From: Octopus sinensis
Taxonomy: Eukaryota
Assembly (NCBI RefSeq): GCF_006345805.1
Contig: NC_043008.1
Coordinates: forward strand, 4,774,001-4,838,000
DNA length: 64,000 bases
Direction: 5' to 3'
Part shown: positions 39,991 to 53,233 of the stretch, piece by piece
Layout of the letters: every line of letters starts with the position of its first letter
Position numbering within the stretch: the first letter of the stretch is position 1
Translations under genes and position numbers: made by a program
The notes under the pieces: model-generated
The model's database searches: none
What the model was told of the DNA's origin: nothing
What the model saw: the letters and a program-made list of their open reading frames with translations, nothing else

Positions 39991-40914
39991 CCATCACTAT
40001 CTTCCCAAATCCTGCTGCCTTTCACATGAAATTTGTTGTCTTCCAAAGTTGTCTTGGTGTATAAGTTGACCTTCGCTGTAAATTTAGGTCTGAAAAATTC
40101 GACTTTGCCAAAGTTGAGTTGACAGATCTTTGTATAAAAAGTTTGTGTTTATACATTACTAGAGTGGTTTAGTGATGGAATCGGCAAAAATAAATTCATT
40201 GCTACACATTGCAGTATTTTCTGTAAGAAACAAAGCCATTTGGAATATTTGTTTTTTGCAATGTTGATGTTTAGTTTTTACTGTTTCTTGTATTATTAGC
40301 ACCACAATATTGGCAAAAACTATTTCTGCATCCATTAGCACCACACTTATTTATTCTCAAGCTTCACTTTATCCAAAGTTACCTTTGAATGCTAAAATAA
40401 TAGTCTTTCCCGGTGGGGTTGGTGATTCCTACAGGAATAGTAAAGCAACATGGCTGTTGCCACATAATAGATTGTTTAGTTTAGTTCAAAATAACACAGA
40501 TTTTTCTCATCACAATCAAATATTGCAGTTTCATCATTATTTTCCAGATCCCATACAGTGTCTTTGAGCTTTTTTATTAAATACATTTTTAATGTTGCAT
40601 TTATATCTCTGTTAATTATCTTAACGACAGATTAAGTCACAGATTTCGTCATCAACTTTTATTGCTAAGAGTGATGAAGCTCTAATCCACTTATTTGAGC
40701 TCAATTTCCAGGGCCCCTGGAAGAGATCCTTATATATAGCCAAGGGAACTAACCCATTCATTTTCCTAAATTATTTGGTAAAAATGAAATTGTATGCTTA
40801 TTTCTTAGTATTTGAACTGTTAGAGTTATTTTTGCAATTTATCTAGTACAACCCTTAAACAAGTAAATAGTATTTTCCTAAACAATAGATCCACTTATTT
40901 TGATTAGTGACTTA

Positions 40915-41393
40915 TTCACGAATATACCAACACTAGCGCCCCTGAGGGTATTATTCTCTGGTAACACACAAAAGCCCTTTTCAGAGTTATTTACTTTGAA
41001 TTGTTATTATCTCATACCTGATTGGCCTGTTATTACATAACATGCTTCACAATTTTAGTATACATACCTTACTAGTATTTCCTCCTATGTTCTATATACC
41101 CTGGAAAAGCATTAAAGCCTTTTTCAGAGCTACTTTTGGAATTCTTACTATTGGGTAACTAATTTCAATGTTATTACATAACTGACTTCACAATTTGGGC
41201 ATTCATAACTTATTGGGAATTCCTAAAAACAAGATCCTGTGTAAGACAGTTCAGCATTCTCTGTAAATGCACAGAAACCGTTTTAAGGGCTACATACTTT
41301 GTATTGTTGTTATTGGATTGGTAAAACAATTATGAAAACGAAACCAAGGGATAAGCCCCGCTTTCCTCGGAATTACCGGGTATGTCAGCTAGT
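40915..41393 (+). mobile_element. Possible non-autonomous Helitron-like 3' end
   Basis: Hairpin CTCGG-AATTA-CCGGG (41366-41380) 8 nt before CTAG|T (41389-41393); two diverged ~140-bp tandem units upstream. Confidence 0.45.
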
Positions 41394-41396
41394 GTA

Positions 41397-41454
<58 letters not shown>

Positions 41455-42329
41455 ATATAATATATATATATACGTGTGTGTGTGTAGTGAAATGATAGTC
41501 ATGGCACCCATTATATGCTTGGAGTGGTTGGTGTTATGAAGGGTATCCAGCCATAGAAACCAACCCATACCAGACTGGAGCCTCCTTCCATATTCCTGCT
41601 TACCAGTTCTAGTCAAACTGTCTAACCAATGCCAGCATGGAAAACAGACACTAAATGATGATGATATATGATGAGCTTCTTTCAGTTTCCTTCAACCAAA
41701 CCTACTCAGTAGGCATTGGTAGGTCCAGGGCTATAGAAGTAAATTTCATGGAGGAGAAGAAAGGTTCTCAGCTATGTCTGTACCTATCTACATTAATATA
41801 TACAGTGTGTGTGTGTGTGTGTATGTACATGTATGCGTATATCTGTGTATATATGTGCATAAGACCTATCCTTTTTGTACTCCCTATCCCTTTGTGGGGG
41901 TATTTTCTGGCTAAATCTGGTCAGCAAGTGGTTGATTAATTATGGTTACTTTATTTTGGTTTATTTTATTTATTTTCATTTCCTTTACCTCAAGTTAAAA
42001 TGTTCTCATAATATGTATTTCTGAAATCTAAATGGACATGCTACGAATGAGAAATGTTTCTCTTTTCTCTATCATGTCAATGGTATAAATTGAGTTGACC
42101 CAACTTTCTTCAACAAAGTTAAATGTTTAATACCCAAAGATGTTCTGAAGAATAATCCTGCGCATTATCTAACCACACATGTGTACATCTACATGTATAC
42201 TTCTGTGTGTGTAAGGCACTTTAGCATTGACAATGTAATTAAATAGGGATGACGAAACAGTTGTAAACATATGGAATAAATAGATTCTGCCTCTCAATTC
42301 ACTTGAATTTGATCAATTATATATGTATC

Positions 42330-43030
42330 TATGCATATAATTATATAGGTGTGTTCTCTTCTGTTTTTAATTATTTAAAGACTTTCTCTGAGGAAAGAGC
42401 TGGTTTCTAACAAAGATACAAAGCTCCATCGTTAGAATGTAAATAACAAAAACAATGTCACATTTTAAACTTAAGAAAAATCTTGCACATTTTTACTGTT
42501 CCACTTACAGACTGTATTTGTAATATGTGAGTGAGTTGGTTGTTTCCTTCTTCTGAAAACCCAAACTTATCCAGACTTTCAGTTAGGCATTTACTTACAT
42601 AACCAAGTGCACCAATTATTATCATTGCAAATGTAAATTTGTAATCTGGATATAAAAGCTGGACGTTTCAAAGCAGTCCTCCATAGTTATCCTCTTTCTC
42701 TTTTATTTTCAAAGAGATATTCATATCAACATCACAGCCTCTGACGGCATATATTTGTCCTTGTCTATCCCCAAACAACAATATCCAGCCTGTTATGCTT
42801 ACAGATGTTTTGATGGGAATGTTCCACCAGTTTTCTTTGTGTTGATGTTTGTGTACATGTTCAATAATAAGGGGGTTCTCTACATTTATTCCAGGACAGT
42901 CTTTTTTCCGGAATTCATGGTATATTGTTTATGTGTTAGGGTCATATCGCATAGGGTGGTAATACCTTGATGGCATTCTTGTGCAGTTGTTAATCACATG
43001 TGTAATGTCTTCCACTGAAAAATGACATAA
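42330..43030 (-). mobile_element. RLE-type LINE 3' fragment, a different family from the 7-8 kb copy
   Basis: 'EDITHVINNC', 'WWNIPIKTS..HNRLDIVVW', 'NISLKIKEKEDNYGGLL', 'LLYPDYKFTFAMIIIGALGYV', 'LQIQSVSGTVKMCKIF'; stop at 42458-42460. Confidence 0.75.
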
Positions 43031-43327
43031 TCTGCATGTATTAATTATTCCAGAGGGTGACAAGTTCAAAATGAAATTATGTCCTGTCGCTTAGAGCAAA
43101 GTACTCATAGATAAGTCTGAGAGAGAGTAAAATATTTAATCCATAATCATTAGTCCAACAAAATATACTTTGCTTCATCAATGGGTCGTGTATGTGTGTG
43201 TGCATGTGTGTATACACATACAACATGTCTGTATATATGTATTATGATTTTCCTAAATGTCTTAAGCCCTTATGAAGTTGCAGGATTCTAGTTCCAGAAG
43301 CACATCCAGAATGTAAAATGTGTAAAG

Positions 43328-43560
43328 TTTAACCCTTTAGCATTTAAACTGACCACATCCGGCCCAAAATATTCAATTTGTTTTATGTTCAGATTGACCG
43401 GATCTGGCTGCTTGCACCTGCCTAACAATCTCATTGTAAAAATAAACAACCACATCATTGAAATCTTGAAGCCATAAGATAATGCATGATTGATTCAAAT
43501 CAATGTGAATAAATAAGCAAGACATTTGACAGAATAATGGGACTACGAAACGATTAAAGG
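43328..43560. mobile_element. piggyBac-type MITE, second family
   Basis: Starts TTAA|CCCTTTAGCATTTAAAC; homologous to 14558-14785. Confidence 0.6.
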
Positions 43561-43723
43561 AGTTCAAAAAATGTTAATTATTCTTACTGCTTGTCAACCA
43601 ATTTCTGAATAAGCCAAATATAATTCTCCAACCAATATCTGACTTGTTTGCTTTTTGTATTTCCACTTTCATTGTTTTACTTCTTAGTTTACACTTTGCT
43701 GGTTGTAAGAAGTTAAAGTGTTA

Positions 43724-44315
43724 TAGGGTGATCCCAAATTTTCACTGAGCTTGTGTCTATTCAAAAGCTTCATAGCATGGTCTTTCCTCTTGTCCTTAAA
43801 GGCTTGGGATAAAAATTGGCCCTTTTCTCATCTATTAGAAATACCAAATGTCTTCATACACTACCTGCCTGGCAAGAAACTCAGACACTCCCATGTCCCT
43901 GGCAATGGACCTGATTAACTTGGAGGGATCATTATCAATCATGGCCTGGGTCCCACCAACAAATTCAGGAGTTCTTTTATTATCAGAACGATCAGAGTGA
44001 GTTTTCTGAGCTGCTGTACCTTCATAATCACCATTAGACTCATCTAACTCTTTCCGAATCCTCTGCATTGCCCTCAGATTGACACCCAAACACTCTGAAA
44101 TGTTCATAGTGGAGCTTCCAGCACATATGCCAAGCACTACAGCATGCCATTTCCAAATTTCTGGCAGAATGAATTGTGTCATGGTGTTGTTTTTCTCACA
44201 GACGGTGCCCAACTGACCCTACTATACTGTGTAGTCGACAATATATCAAAAACAAACAATGCGCATGCACAAAGTCAAAAATATAAAATAGCAACAATTT
44301 ACCCATCATACCTTG
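43724..44315 (-). mobile_element. Tc1/maT-type element, 5' part of transposase, internally deleted
   Basis: TA-flanked ends (CAAGGTATG.. and TAGGGTG..); ORF 'MTQFILPEIW..RTPEFV..IDNDPSKLIRSIARDMGVSEF..EDIWYF', continuing 'MRKGQFLSQA'. Confidence 0.75.
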
Positions 44316-44349
44316 TATGTATATGTTTTTATTTATATATATATAAAAA

Positions 44350-44870
44350 GGGTAACCACATACCGAAAATGTAGAAATAGCAGTCAAAAACTGCTTATTT
44401 CTATTTTCTACAAATATAACTCCACATATAACATATACATGTAACTCACATATGTAAAAAGAAGGAAAAATAACGAAAACAAAGTCTTCGGTCAGTTACG
44501 GACGCATTTCTGGGTTAGAATTATAACTCATTCCCGTCTTCAGCACAGCATTCCATTAGATTATAGATTTGCAAAAGCTATTTACCTACCTCTTGTATCC
44601 CGATCTCGTGCCACCAGATATAGCAGAAGATAGTCAGCACAAACCAAATCCATAGAGACAAATGAATTTGTATTTTCCCTCCAAAATTACCATGTGTGTT
44701 ACAAAAATAGTTCCTCAGAAAGAGAACTGTGATTTGTCATAAGGGAGTGAAAAATTTTATTATTAATAATATAAGGGTAAATAATTATTAATTTTAAAAT
44801 CAACAATTATTAGCGAGTAGTTTTTGGTATGGAAATATATTATCAGTAGGAACTTTTACAAAAAGTTCTT

Positions 44871-44929
<59 letters not shown>

Positions 44930-45015
44930 GGTAAGCAACAGGTTGCTTAGCCACATACCGAAAATTTAGAAATAGCAGTCAAAAACCACTTATTTCTATT
45001 TTCTACAAATATATA
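44350..45015 (-). mobile_element. Short (TA)n-abutting elements with a hammerhead-like motif and a ~62-bp direct repeat
   Basis: Minus 44549-44495: GCTGTG-CTGAAGA-C-GGG..CCC-A-GAAA-TGCGTC-CGTA; CCACATACCGAAAA..CAAATATA at 44356-44417 and 44951-45012, each just after (TA)n. Confidence 0.55.
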
Positions 45016-46299
45016 TATATTATTAAGTAAAAAAAATGGAGAGTTTAAATGGATATAATTAACATATTGTTAATTAAGACCCCTATTAATAATATTTGAT
45101 ATTTATAATATACCTATTTATATTGAAGAGATATTTCTCAACAATAAAAGATATTAAACCAGTGTAACTTGGATGAAATCATCCCTTTAAGAGGTTAATA
45201 TATCCTCGCAGTGACTATATATAAAGTTTTCCAGCTCAGCTCGGACAGGAAACCGATTTTGAGGTGATACTTTATGGCTGGATGCTTTTCCTGTCAACAA
45301 CCATCACTTGGTTTTTCTAGTGATGGATTTTTATATTCGACAGGGCTTCAGAAGTGCAGAGTTAAAGGTCAGAAAGTCAACAAGGAACATCAACATCAGC
45401 ACTCTAATAATACCTAAAATTCAGTACAGATAAGATTCTAAGTCAACTGAAGTCAACCAACTTATACACACACACACACACACACACAAACTACATTCAT
45501 AGCTTCAAACCACATAGATGCACACATACAAATCACAAACATACATGAACTACAAGCCCATACACACACACACAAACAACAAACATACACACAGACACAC
45601 CCAAACTACCAACACGGAAACCAATAACACACCTGCAAAAACACTTAAAAAGTGAAAAAAAGTAAAGTTTATTGTTAGCAACATATTTGAATTATATCAA
45701 GTGATGAATGCGGTTGGTGTCCACCACGTTCAAGATGCTGAGTGGAAATGCTTCTCCTATGAAACTGAACTTTCATCAAGTGCCAAGAAGTATTGGCAGA
45801 ATGCCATCTCATCCCACAGGTTTAGCTGTTGTTGTTAGAGTATATGATGGAGATATTCATTGCTGAAGTTGTTGGATACGACCGAAAGCAAAAGCATAAA
45901 ATGAACATACAATAATTCATAAGATAGAAAAAATATTATTGGTTTGTCTGTTATTTACAAATTATAAACTATCTTCATTATGATTCACTCTAAATACAGA
46001 ATTTGATAATTCTGCCTTGGCAGAAACAATTCTGGTCAGTTTAACATTATTTTAGTCTTGGCTGGTAACACTGAAGTATGATGGTATTTTACTCTGTACA
46101 TTGTAGACATCTTAAATACTAGATTCAAAACATTAGATATCAGTTAATGTAAAGGCAATGGGTTGGCATTTGTGCACTACTCTTTGTGGCCAAAATTAGA
46201 TAAATACAAGAAATATCTATTTAATGGTTTCAACATTAGAATCATGATATTTGCAAATGTGAGCATTGTTACTTTATATATATATGTGTGTGGTGTGTG

Positions 46300-46330
<31 letters not shown>

Positions 46331-47664
46331 ATATAACATTAAATTTAAAGACAGATACTAACCACAACTGAAAGAAAATTTATGTGCATAAATCAAAATT
46401 CTTACCCTTTTATTTTCAAAAACATATGCAAAAGAGTCCTTGGTAAATAAAGAAATATTTAATAAAACAGAACCTTATAACAATAGTGCTGTAAAGAATA
46501 GAAGAGTCCATTATGAGAGTAGCTTTATTCCAGTGCAATAAGATATAACATTACACAGTTTAATCTGCTTTTCTCTGTGTCAAAATTAATAAAGTTAAAA
46601 TTGTTCAGGGCTCATTGGATTCAATCACATTTACTGAAAATAATCCCTAACACAAAACTGTAATAAGGTAGTCATCTATTTCGGTAAAGTAAGTTTAATT
46701 AATAACAATAATGACATACAAGCCATAAGGGTGATTGAAGAAAATTTCAAAAGATATTAATATGACCACAAACTTTTTATCGAAGTTATCATGGAAAAAT
46801 ATGAGTTACTAAACAATACAACTAATAATTTTAACATCTTTTGGGGAAAACTAATCCAAAATGATTACTTAAAAAATAGTTTTGAAAACTTTAATAGATG
46901 TCAACATTAAAAGACTTCTTCTAGCTATTGTAATTGAATGAGAAATTTAAATTAACATATAATATAATCAGATTTTCACATTGCAGGTTTTCCCTTATAA
47001 ACTCTTCCAGATCAACAGAAATTAATAAATCACCTCTATCAGGACTACCACACTTCGTCAACAACTTCCCATTTTATTTTTCACTTATTGAAAAATAAGT
47101 GTTTTAAATATATGTGTGTGTTATTTCCTTTAATTGGACCTTCACATTCAATTAAGCATGAAATGCTTTAACTGAATGAGAAGACATAAAAAGGATGAGG
47201 ATAATGGTATACATTTATAAAACGTTCACCATATATATACATACATATATAGTAGATGACCATGTGCATAGATAAGTTTGTATGTTGTGTAGAGAAAAGG
47301 GATCTGAAGTTCCAAGGTTGTCCCTTTATAATGATTTCCTCTTTTCTCCATGGCATGTAAACTAATCCAAAGTCATAAACTTTTCATTATAACTTTTACT
47401 GATGCAAGCCATTTCTGATTTTCTTAGACTCTGTTATATTCCTTTAAAAATACACGTGTGTAAGTGTGTGTGTGTGTTTGAATAAACAATGAAGAGGAAG
47501 TACCACACATCACAGAAGTTGTGTGTATATGTGTGTCAGTCTGTGTATTTTGTGTGTGTGTATCAATGTACACGTACACTTCTGTGTGTGTGTGTGTAAT
47601 ATAATATATATAAGCCTGTTAAATATTCTTCTCTACTGATATTTTTTCACACCCAATCAGTTAT

Positions 47665-47860
47665 TAGTTTCAAATTTTGGCACAGGGCCAGCAGATTTGG
47701 GGGAGGAGCTCAGTTGGTTAAATCAACCCCAGTGTCCAACTGGTACTTATTTCATCAACCTTAAAAGGAAAAAAGCAAAGTTGGCTTGGCAGAATTCGAA
47801 TTCAGAATGTAAAAATGAATAACCACTTTGCTAACAATTCTGTCAGCTTGCCATCATATG
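47665..47860 (-). mobile_element. Family B SINE
   Basis: Matches family B motifs on the minus strand. Confidence 0.65.
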
Positions 47861-48140
47861 CCCAACCAGATATTGACAGCACTCTGCCATAGAATAAAAG
47901 CAAAGTTATACTCCCAATTCCAGAGAAAGCCTTTGCTCAAATCATAACCATCTGATTAATGCTTAATTTAGCATGAAACTTGAAGTTATGGAAAACTAGT
48001 CATATTTACTTACTCTATAATAATAATTATAATGATAGTATATACATATATATATATACATATATATACATACACACATAATTTTTAATTTTTTTTTTTT
48101 TCTTGAAAACTAATGAATAATGCATTCGGTCTACTTTCAG

Positions 48141-48158
48141 GTATAGCTGAAGATGATG
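48141..48158 (+). CDS. Candidate 18-nt symmetric phase-1 microexon (..G-I-A-E-D-D..)
   Basis: Poly-T tract, CTAAT branch-like motif at 48110-48114, TGC, CTACTTTCAG acceptor, G|GTAATG donor, U-rich downstream. Confidence 0.3.
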
Positions 48159-48227
48159 GTAATGTATTAACATTTTCTCGTTTTGTTTTAACTCTTTGTT
48201 CATTACTCTTTTCTTTTCTTTTTATTT

Positions 48228-48263
<36 letters not shown>

Positions 48264-48606
48264 ATGTAGCTATATGGTGCCATTTTATGTACGCCTATTT
48301 TCCATAAAGACACGGGTTGAATGAGTTGCTACAGTCAGAGTCAGCTCCTGTTCAGAGTTATTCTGCTCTTTTAGAAAAGTTGGGGCACCACATTCAGACA
48401 TCTTATATGGCATTGGTTTCTATGGCTGGATGCTTGTCTTAACCTCTACTGCTTTACAGGCAATACTGGGTGCATTTTATTGTAGCACCAGCACAAGTGT
48501 AATCGTCATGTCCTCTATACAACTAAAGGGTCTTCTTCTCTGCTCTTTGTTGTTTGCCAGTCTCTTTACAGGGAGGATGCATTCTAACCCTGGCACCAGC
48601 ACTATA

Positions 48607-49160
48607 CGAGGGGCATTCAAAAAGTATGCAACTTTATTTTTTCCAACCAAAACTAATGCTGCATGGGGGGCAAAATTCTTTGGGTGCAAGGTGATACAAC
48701 CCTTCCTGTGCAGGCATGAAAATCTTCACACTGGTAGGCCACGTCAGCTACTGGCCGTTATGCCTAGACGTGTAGTGGGTGCTTGTCAGATTTTTGTTTT
48801 CATACAAGATGGCCAAATGCACCAAGCAGAGATATTGCATCAAGTTTTGCCAAAAGCTTGGGGATACTCAAGCCCAAGCTGGAGCAGAAGATTCAGAAGG
48901 CCTTTGGGCAAAACTCAGATCCAGGGATGGTACAACCACTTCCAACGTGGTCACACCTCAGTGGAGAGTGAGGTGCACCCAAATTGGCCATCCACAAGCA
49001 GAAACAAGGAACCAATTGAGAAGGTTTGGCAAATAGTTATGGAAGCCTATCATGTAACGATCACAGAAATTAGTGACAAAGTGGGAATAAACACAGGATC
49101 AGTGCATTCCTTTTTAATGGAGGATTTGTGCATGTGGAGAGTGTCAGCAGAGAAATAAAG
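48607..49160 (+). mobile_element. Mariner 5' half
   Basis: TA|CGAGGGGCATTCAAAAAGTATGCAAC terminus; 'KQRYCIKFCQKLG', 'WYNHFQRGHTSVESE..PSTSRN', 'VHSFLMEDLCMWRVSAEK'. Confidence 0.85.
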
Positions 49161-49739
49161 TTGGATAGTCTTTGAACACACCCCGTTGAGGCTGTTTTGC
49201 TTCCTGCAAGACCAAAGAGCCTTCTCTATTCCATGTTACTGCTTCAAGACAAACGCAACAGAGAAGATGAAAAAGATAGCAAATGTGTGAATGTGATTTG
49301 TTTGACAGAGCAAACAGGGCAGGAAGGGATGGAAGAAATAGAAATCAACAATGAATGAAGTAATTTGAGGTGAAGGTGTAATGTGTGTATGAGAGAGAGA
49401 GAGTGAATGATGACAATAAAGGTGGGTGATGGCACAACAGAGTGGTGGGTTTCATTGAAGAGGGATATGAGAGAATGATAACGAACTTCTCTCTGTTACA
49501 CAGTTGTCATAATGACAGAGAGAGAGAGAGAGTGAGTGATAGTACAGAAGACTGCATACAAACAGGTACAACAGCCTACCTTTTTGTACGAGTAAGGCAG
49601 TGCAATGAACAAGCAAGAGAATCTGTATATATAAAAGGCAGGATGTGTATGCATGTACGTGAATGTAATTTATGCACATCCACAAATTAGCACGCATGTT
49701 GCTCCAATTTTAGGAGGACATTCATGACCCTAGCTGTAT

Positions 49740-50195
49740 TTTCATCAACTTATTTTTCCCAGAGGCACCAGCAAATAGCAGTAAAAATAAATTTTCAACC
49801 AAAGCTTTTAACAATTTTCAAGTCAGAGAAATTACCATCTCTCCAAACAGGAGTTAAGTCCCCTTCTAGCGATGAGTAAGTTTTCGTTAAGATTTTTGTT
49901 GCTTTTTTTCCATCGAGGAAAAAAGTGTTTTGTTGATATGTAGGCAACACACACACACACACACGAACATGTATGCATACAAAAACATGTATGCAATAGG
50001 TGTACGTACATACGTGTGTGTATGTGTGTGTGTGTGTTGTCCATATATATATGTATATATATATACATATATATAAACCAATTTCAACGGATTTCACCCA
50101 AATTTGACGTCGATGTTACTTTGGTTTGAAATAAGAACTCGATTAGCTTAATAATCCTAACTTAATCCCGGGCAAAGCCAAGTTATACTGCTTGT
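49740..50195 (+). mobile_element. Possible Helitron-derived non-autonomous element with internal microsatellite
   Basis: GGATTTCACCCAAATTTGAC segment and decayed CCCGGGCAAAGCC..CT(T)GT end; internal (CA)/(GT) tracts. Confidence 0.3.
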
Positions 50196-50299
50196 GAGTG
50201 ATATTTGAGAGAGTAATGAAAAAGGCTGTAGATAGGGTTATTAGGATATAATATAATAAAAGAGAAACCCAAGTTTAGATATATTATACTGCCCAACAG

Positions 50300-51460
50300 C
50301 CATTACCACCACCATTTTAACGACTGTTTTGCTATGCTTTACACATATTGGTGGATCATCACTAGTACCATGTCTTACCACTTATTGTGGTTCTTTGTCA
50401 ACCCTTTTGTGAGGTTCAGTATCTTGAGATTATACTTTACCACTTTGTTCCAAGTCGTCTTAGGTCTACTTTCATAAGTTTCATCTACTCCAAACACTCA
50501 GGGATTTTTAATATAACTGACATTCTTCATACACATCAAATGCCCAACATCTGATGCCTCTTATACTCAGCTTTGCCTTATTTTGCTTCCTCGTTTATGC
50601 ACACTAATATTACACATCCAGCAGAGCATGCTTGCTTCATTGCTTTCTAGCTATCACAAATCTTTCGCATTTAAGGCCCTCATCTTGCTGCCAGTTTGCA
50701 CACCAGCAGCCTTACAATATTCTCTTTACTCTCAGAGAAACTCTTTATTACCAGCAGAAGTAACAGCTCTCTGAACTTTTCTTCTTCCTTCTTGACTTAG
50801 CTACTAAGCTTTTGGTACACCCACTTTTGCTACTAAGTAGATCACCTTGGCAACAAAAACCAATCAACTACTAAACATTTGAAATCATTTATTTCATGTA
50901 TTTTCTTACTGCTAACATCTCGTCTGCATCTGATACAAATGAATCCTTCCTTCTCTGTCAGTTCTCTAAACCCACTATAAAATCTTGTGCTTCCATATTT
51001 TATACTGGTAACATCATACAGAATTTCTACCTATTCACTTCCTACATACTGAGTATGGCCATTTCCTAAATGACTGCAAGATCTTCTCTTCTTTATTACT
51101 CATTAAAACTTGTATCTTTGCCACATTTACTTCAATCCAAAGTTTTGTTTCCATATTTGGATTTCTTTTTTCTCCCCCTAAATCCATTATGAATTCAGTT
51201 ATCATCAGCATACAGGAATTCCAACAAACAGCCAGTTTGAAACTTATATGTTTTAGCTTGGAGAACTTCCATGAACAGAAAACAGATAGCTGTACCCTGA
51301 TAGACCCTTACCTGATGCTAAATTCATTGCTCACACCTTGTTAAGTGCACTGGTGGACAGGGTTTGTATGACCCTCACAAGCCAGTTATTTATCCCCAGT
51401 TTTCTTAGTGACCACAATACAAGAGAATCTGAAACCCTGTCAAGGGTCTCAATGCAACAG
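50300..51460 (-). mobile_element. Old RTE-clade LINE 3' part
   Basis: 'DRVSDSLVLWSLRKLGINNWLVRVIQTL' (RT), 'LESNEASMLCWMCNISVH', 'RPKTTWNKVVK'; decayed GCAT..AAA..GTTAAAATG tail. Confidence 0.7.
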
Positions 51461-51498
51461 ATGCCAGACATACAGGATTAAGGATTACTCCAAGCTGT

Positions 51499-51499
<1 letters not shown>

Positions 51500-51578
<79 letters not shown>
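51500..51578. repeat. (CT)n microsatellite
   Basis: Direct reading. Confidence 0.95.
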
Positions 51579-51581
<3 letters not shown>

Positions 51582-51774
51582 ACTGATGGGCTGTATCCAA
51601 TTTGGGATTATTCTGTTCCTAATCAATTATGCTATAATTACCTTTCATTTCTTTCATAATCTGTTCAATCAATTTGAAACCCCTGTAGTTGCCTATTATA
51701 TGTGTGTGTGTAGGTGTATTATATATACATTATAGATTTATATGTGTGCATGTATGTACCTGTGTGTGTTTATG

Positions 51775-52130
51775 TATGTGTATTGTACCATTTTATCATA
51801 AAAATGGGTAAGAGCCCCTTCAGTCATGAATGACCATGGGATTGAACCTAGAATGTTCCCCTCCAAGGCACAAGTTTGGGCAGATTTATCTGTGAAAGAC
51901 CAGCAACTGCCCATGCATACCAGCCTCTCCTCTGATTTTATCCCAGGGAAAGGCGATGGTTGATAGAGCTTGGCCCTAGTGACATTGCAACTCATTTCTA
52001 CAGTTGAGTAAACTGGAGCGATGGGAAATAAAGAGTCTTGCCCAAGAACACAACACAGAGCCCGGTCCAGGAATTGAACTCACTACCTCATGATTGTGAG
52101 CCTGATGCTCTAACCATTGAGTTATGTGCA
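51775..52130 (-). mobile_element. tRNA-derived CORE-like SINE (family D)
   Basis: Head ..CTCAATGGTTAGAGCATCAGGCTCACAATCATGAGGTAGTGAGTTCAATTCC, then TTCTTGGGCAAGACTCTTTATTTC..AGAAATGAGTTG. Confidence 0.7.
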
Positions 52131-52477
52131 TATATTTACTAGCAGTCATTAGACTGTTGGACAGAATACCTCATGGTACTTGTTCTGACACTCTATTCAA
52201 ATCCTGTTAAGACCAGCTTGGCCTTTCATCCTTTTGTGGGGGGGATAAAAAAAGCACCAGTCCAGAGTAGTGTAAATGTGGAATTGTTGATGCATAGAAC
52301 CGGATTCCCAGTGGTGTCTATTTCAGTTCTGTTTTCTAACCTCATTTTATTGCCCCAAAACTGTAATACATCTGTCATGAGCTGCAACCTTACAGATACT
52401 ATCAGCAATTTAAAAAAAAAGCCAATTGAAACATAGTTTCCTTGGTACAGTTGGAAGATTCACTGTCTCTACTACCA

Positions 52478-52549
<72 letters not shown>

Positions 52550-52857
52550 GGTTCCAGGCAATAAGCATGTCTTTTCCTGACTGGCAAGTCAGCTTTTGAG
52601 AAGACTTGATTCTTAAGATTAGTTCTCCCTCTCATATGGAGTTGGTCTTAACTGCCATTTTGGTAATTATGATACACCTTCTACAGGTAGGGATTATTTT
52701 AATGAATCAAACATTTATGTTCTATGATATTTGATACACCTGTACATGTCTATGTTGTTTGAATATATACCACTAGCCACTGTGAGTAATTTCTCTTACC
52801 TCATTATTGCATGTGTGTGTGTGTGTGTGCATGTATGCATATAGCTATATATATGCA

Positions 52858-52946
<89 letters not shown>

Positions 52947-52959
52947 TATATGCACAAAC

Positions 52960-53125
52960 CTAACAGTTTGGTTCAGTTTATTTCACAATCATAGAGTTTT
53001 AGGTTCAGTCCCACAGTGTGACACCTTGGCCAAGCGTTTTCTACTTATAGCCTCTGATCACCTGATGCTTTGTGCATAAAATTGGTATAAAGAAACTATG
53101 AAGAGATCAGTTGAGGGTGTGTGTG
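52960..53125 (+). mobile_element. Family A SINE head and CORE-like segment
   Basis: GGTTCAGTCCCACAGTGTGACACCTTGGCCAAGCGTTTTCTACTTATAGCC. Confidence 0.6.
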
Positions 53126-53197
53126 TGCATTGCTTCCTTTAGGTGTGGTACCACCTGAGAACAATAGTACCTGTCTTCAATCAGTCCATTATAATGC

Positions 53198-53233
<36 letters not shown>

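Noticed and set aside
40000-40900. Coding-like non-repetitive segment with several short ORFs
   Set aside because: No recognisable motif or consistent frame; needs a translated homology search.
42140-42175. CTGAAGA-ATAAT..ATTAT hairpin as a hammerhead; also the GGTATC/GATACC hairpin at 621-637
   Set aside because: GAAA and the cleavage region are missing; too decayed to distinguish from chance.
48430-49158. 242-aa ORF as a host gene
   Set aside because: It crosses an RTE-tail remnant, a mariner TIR and frameshifted transposase; it is a chance read-through.
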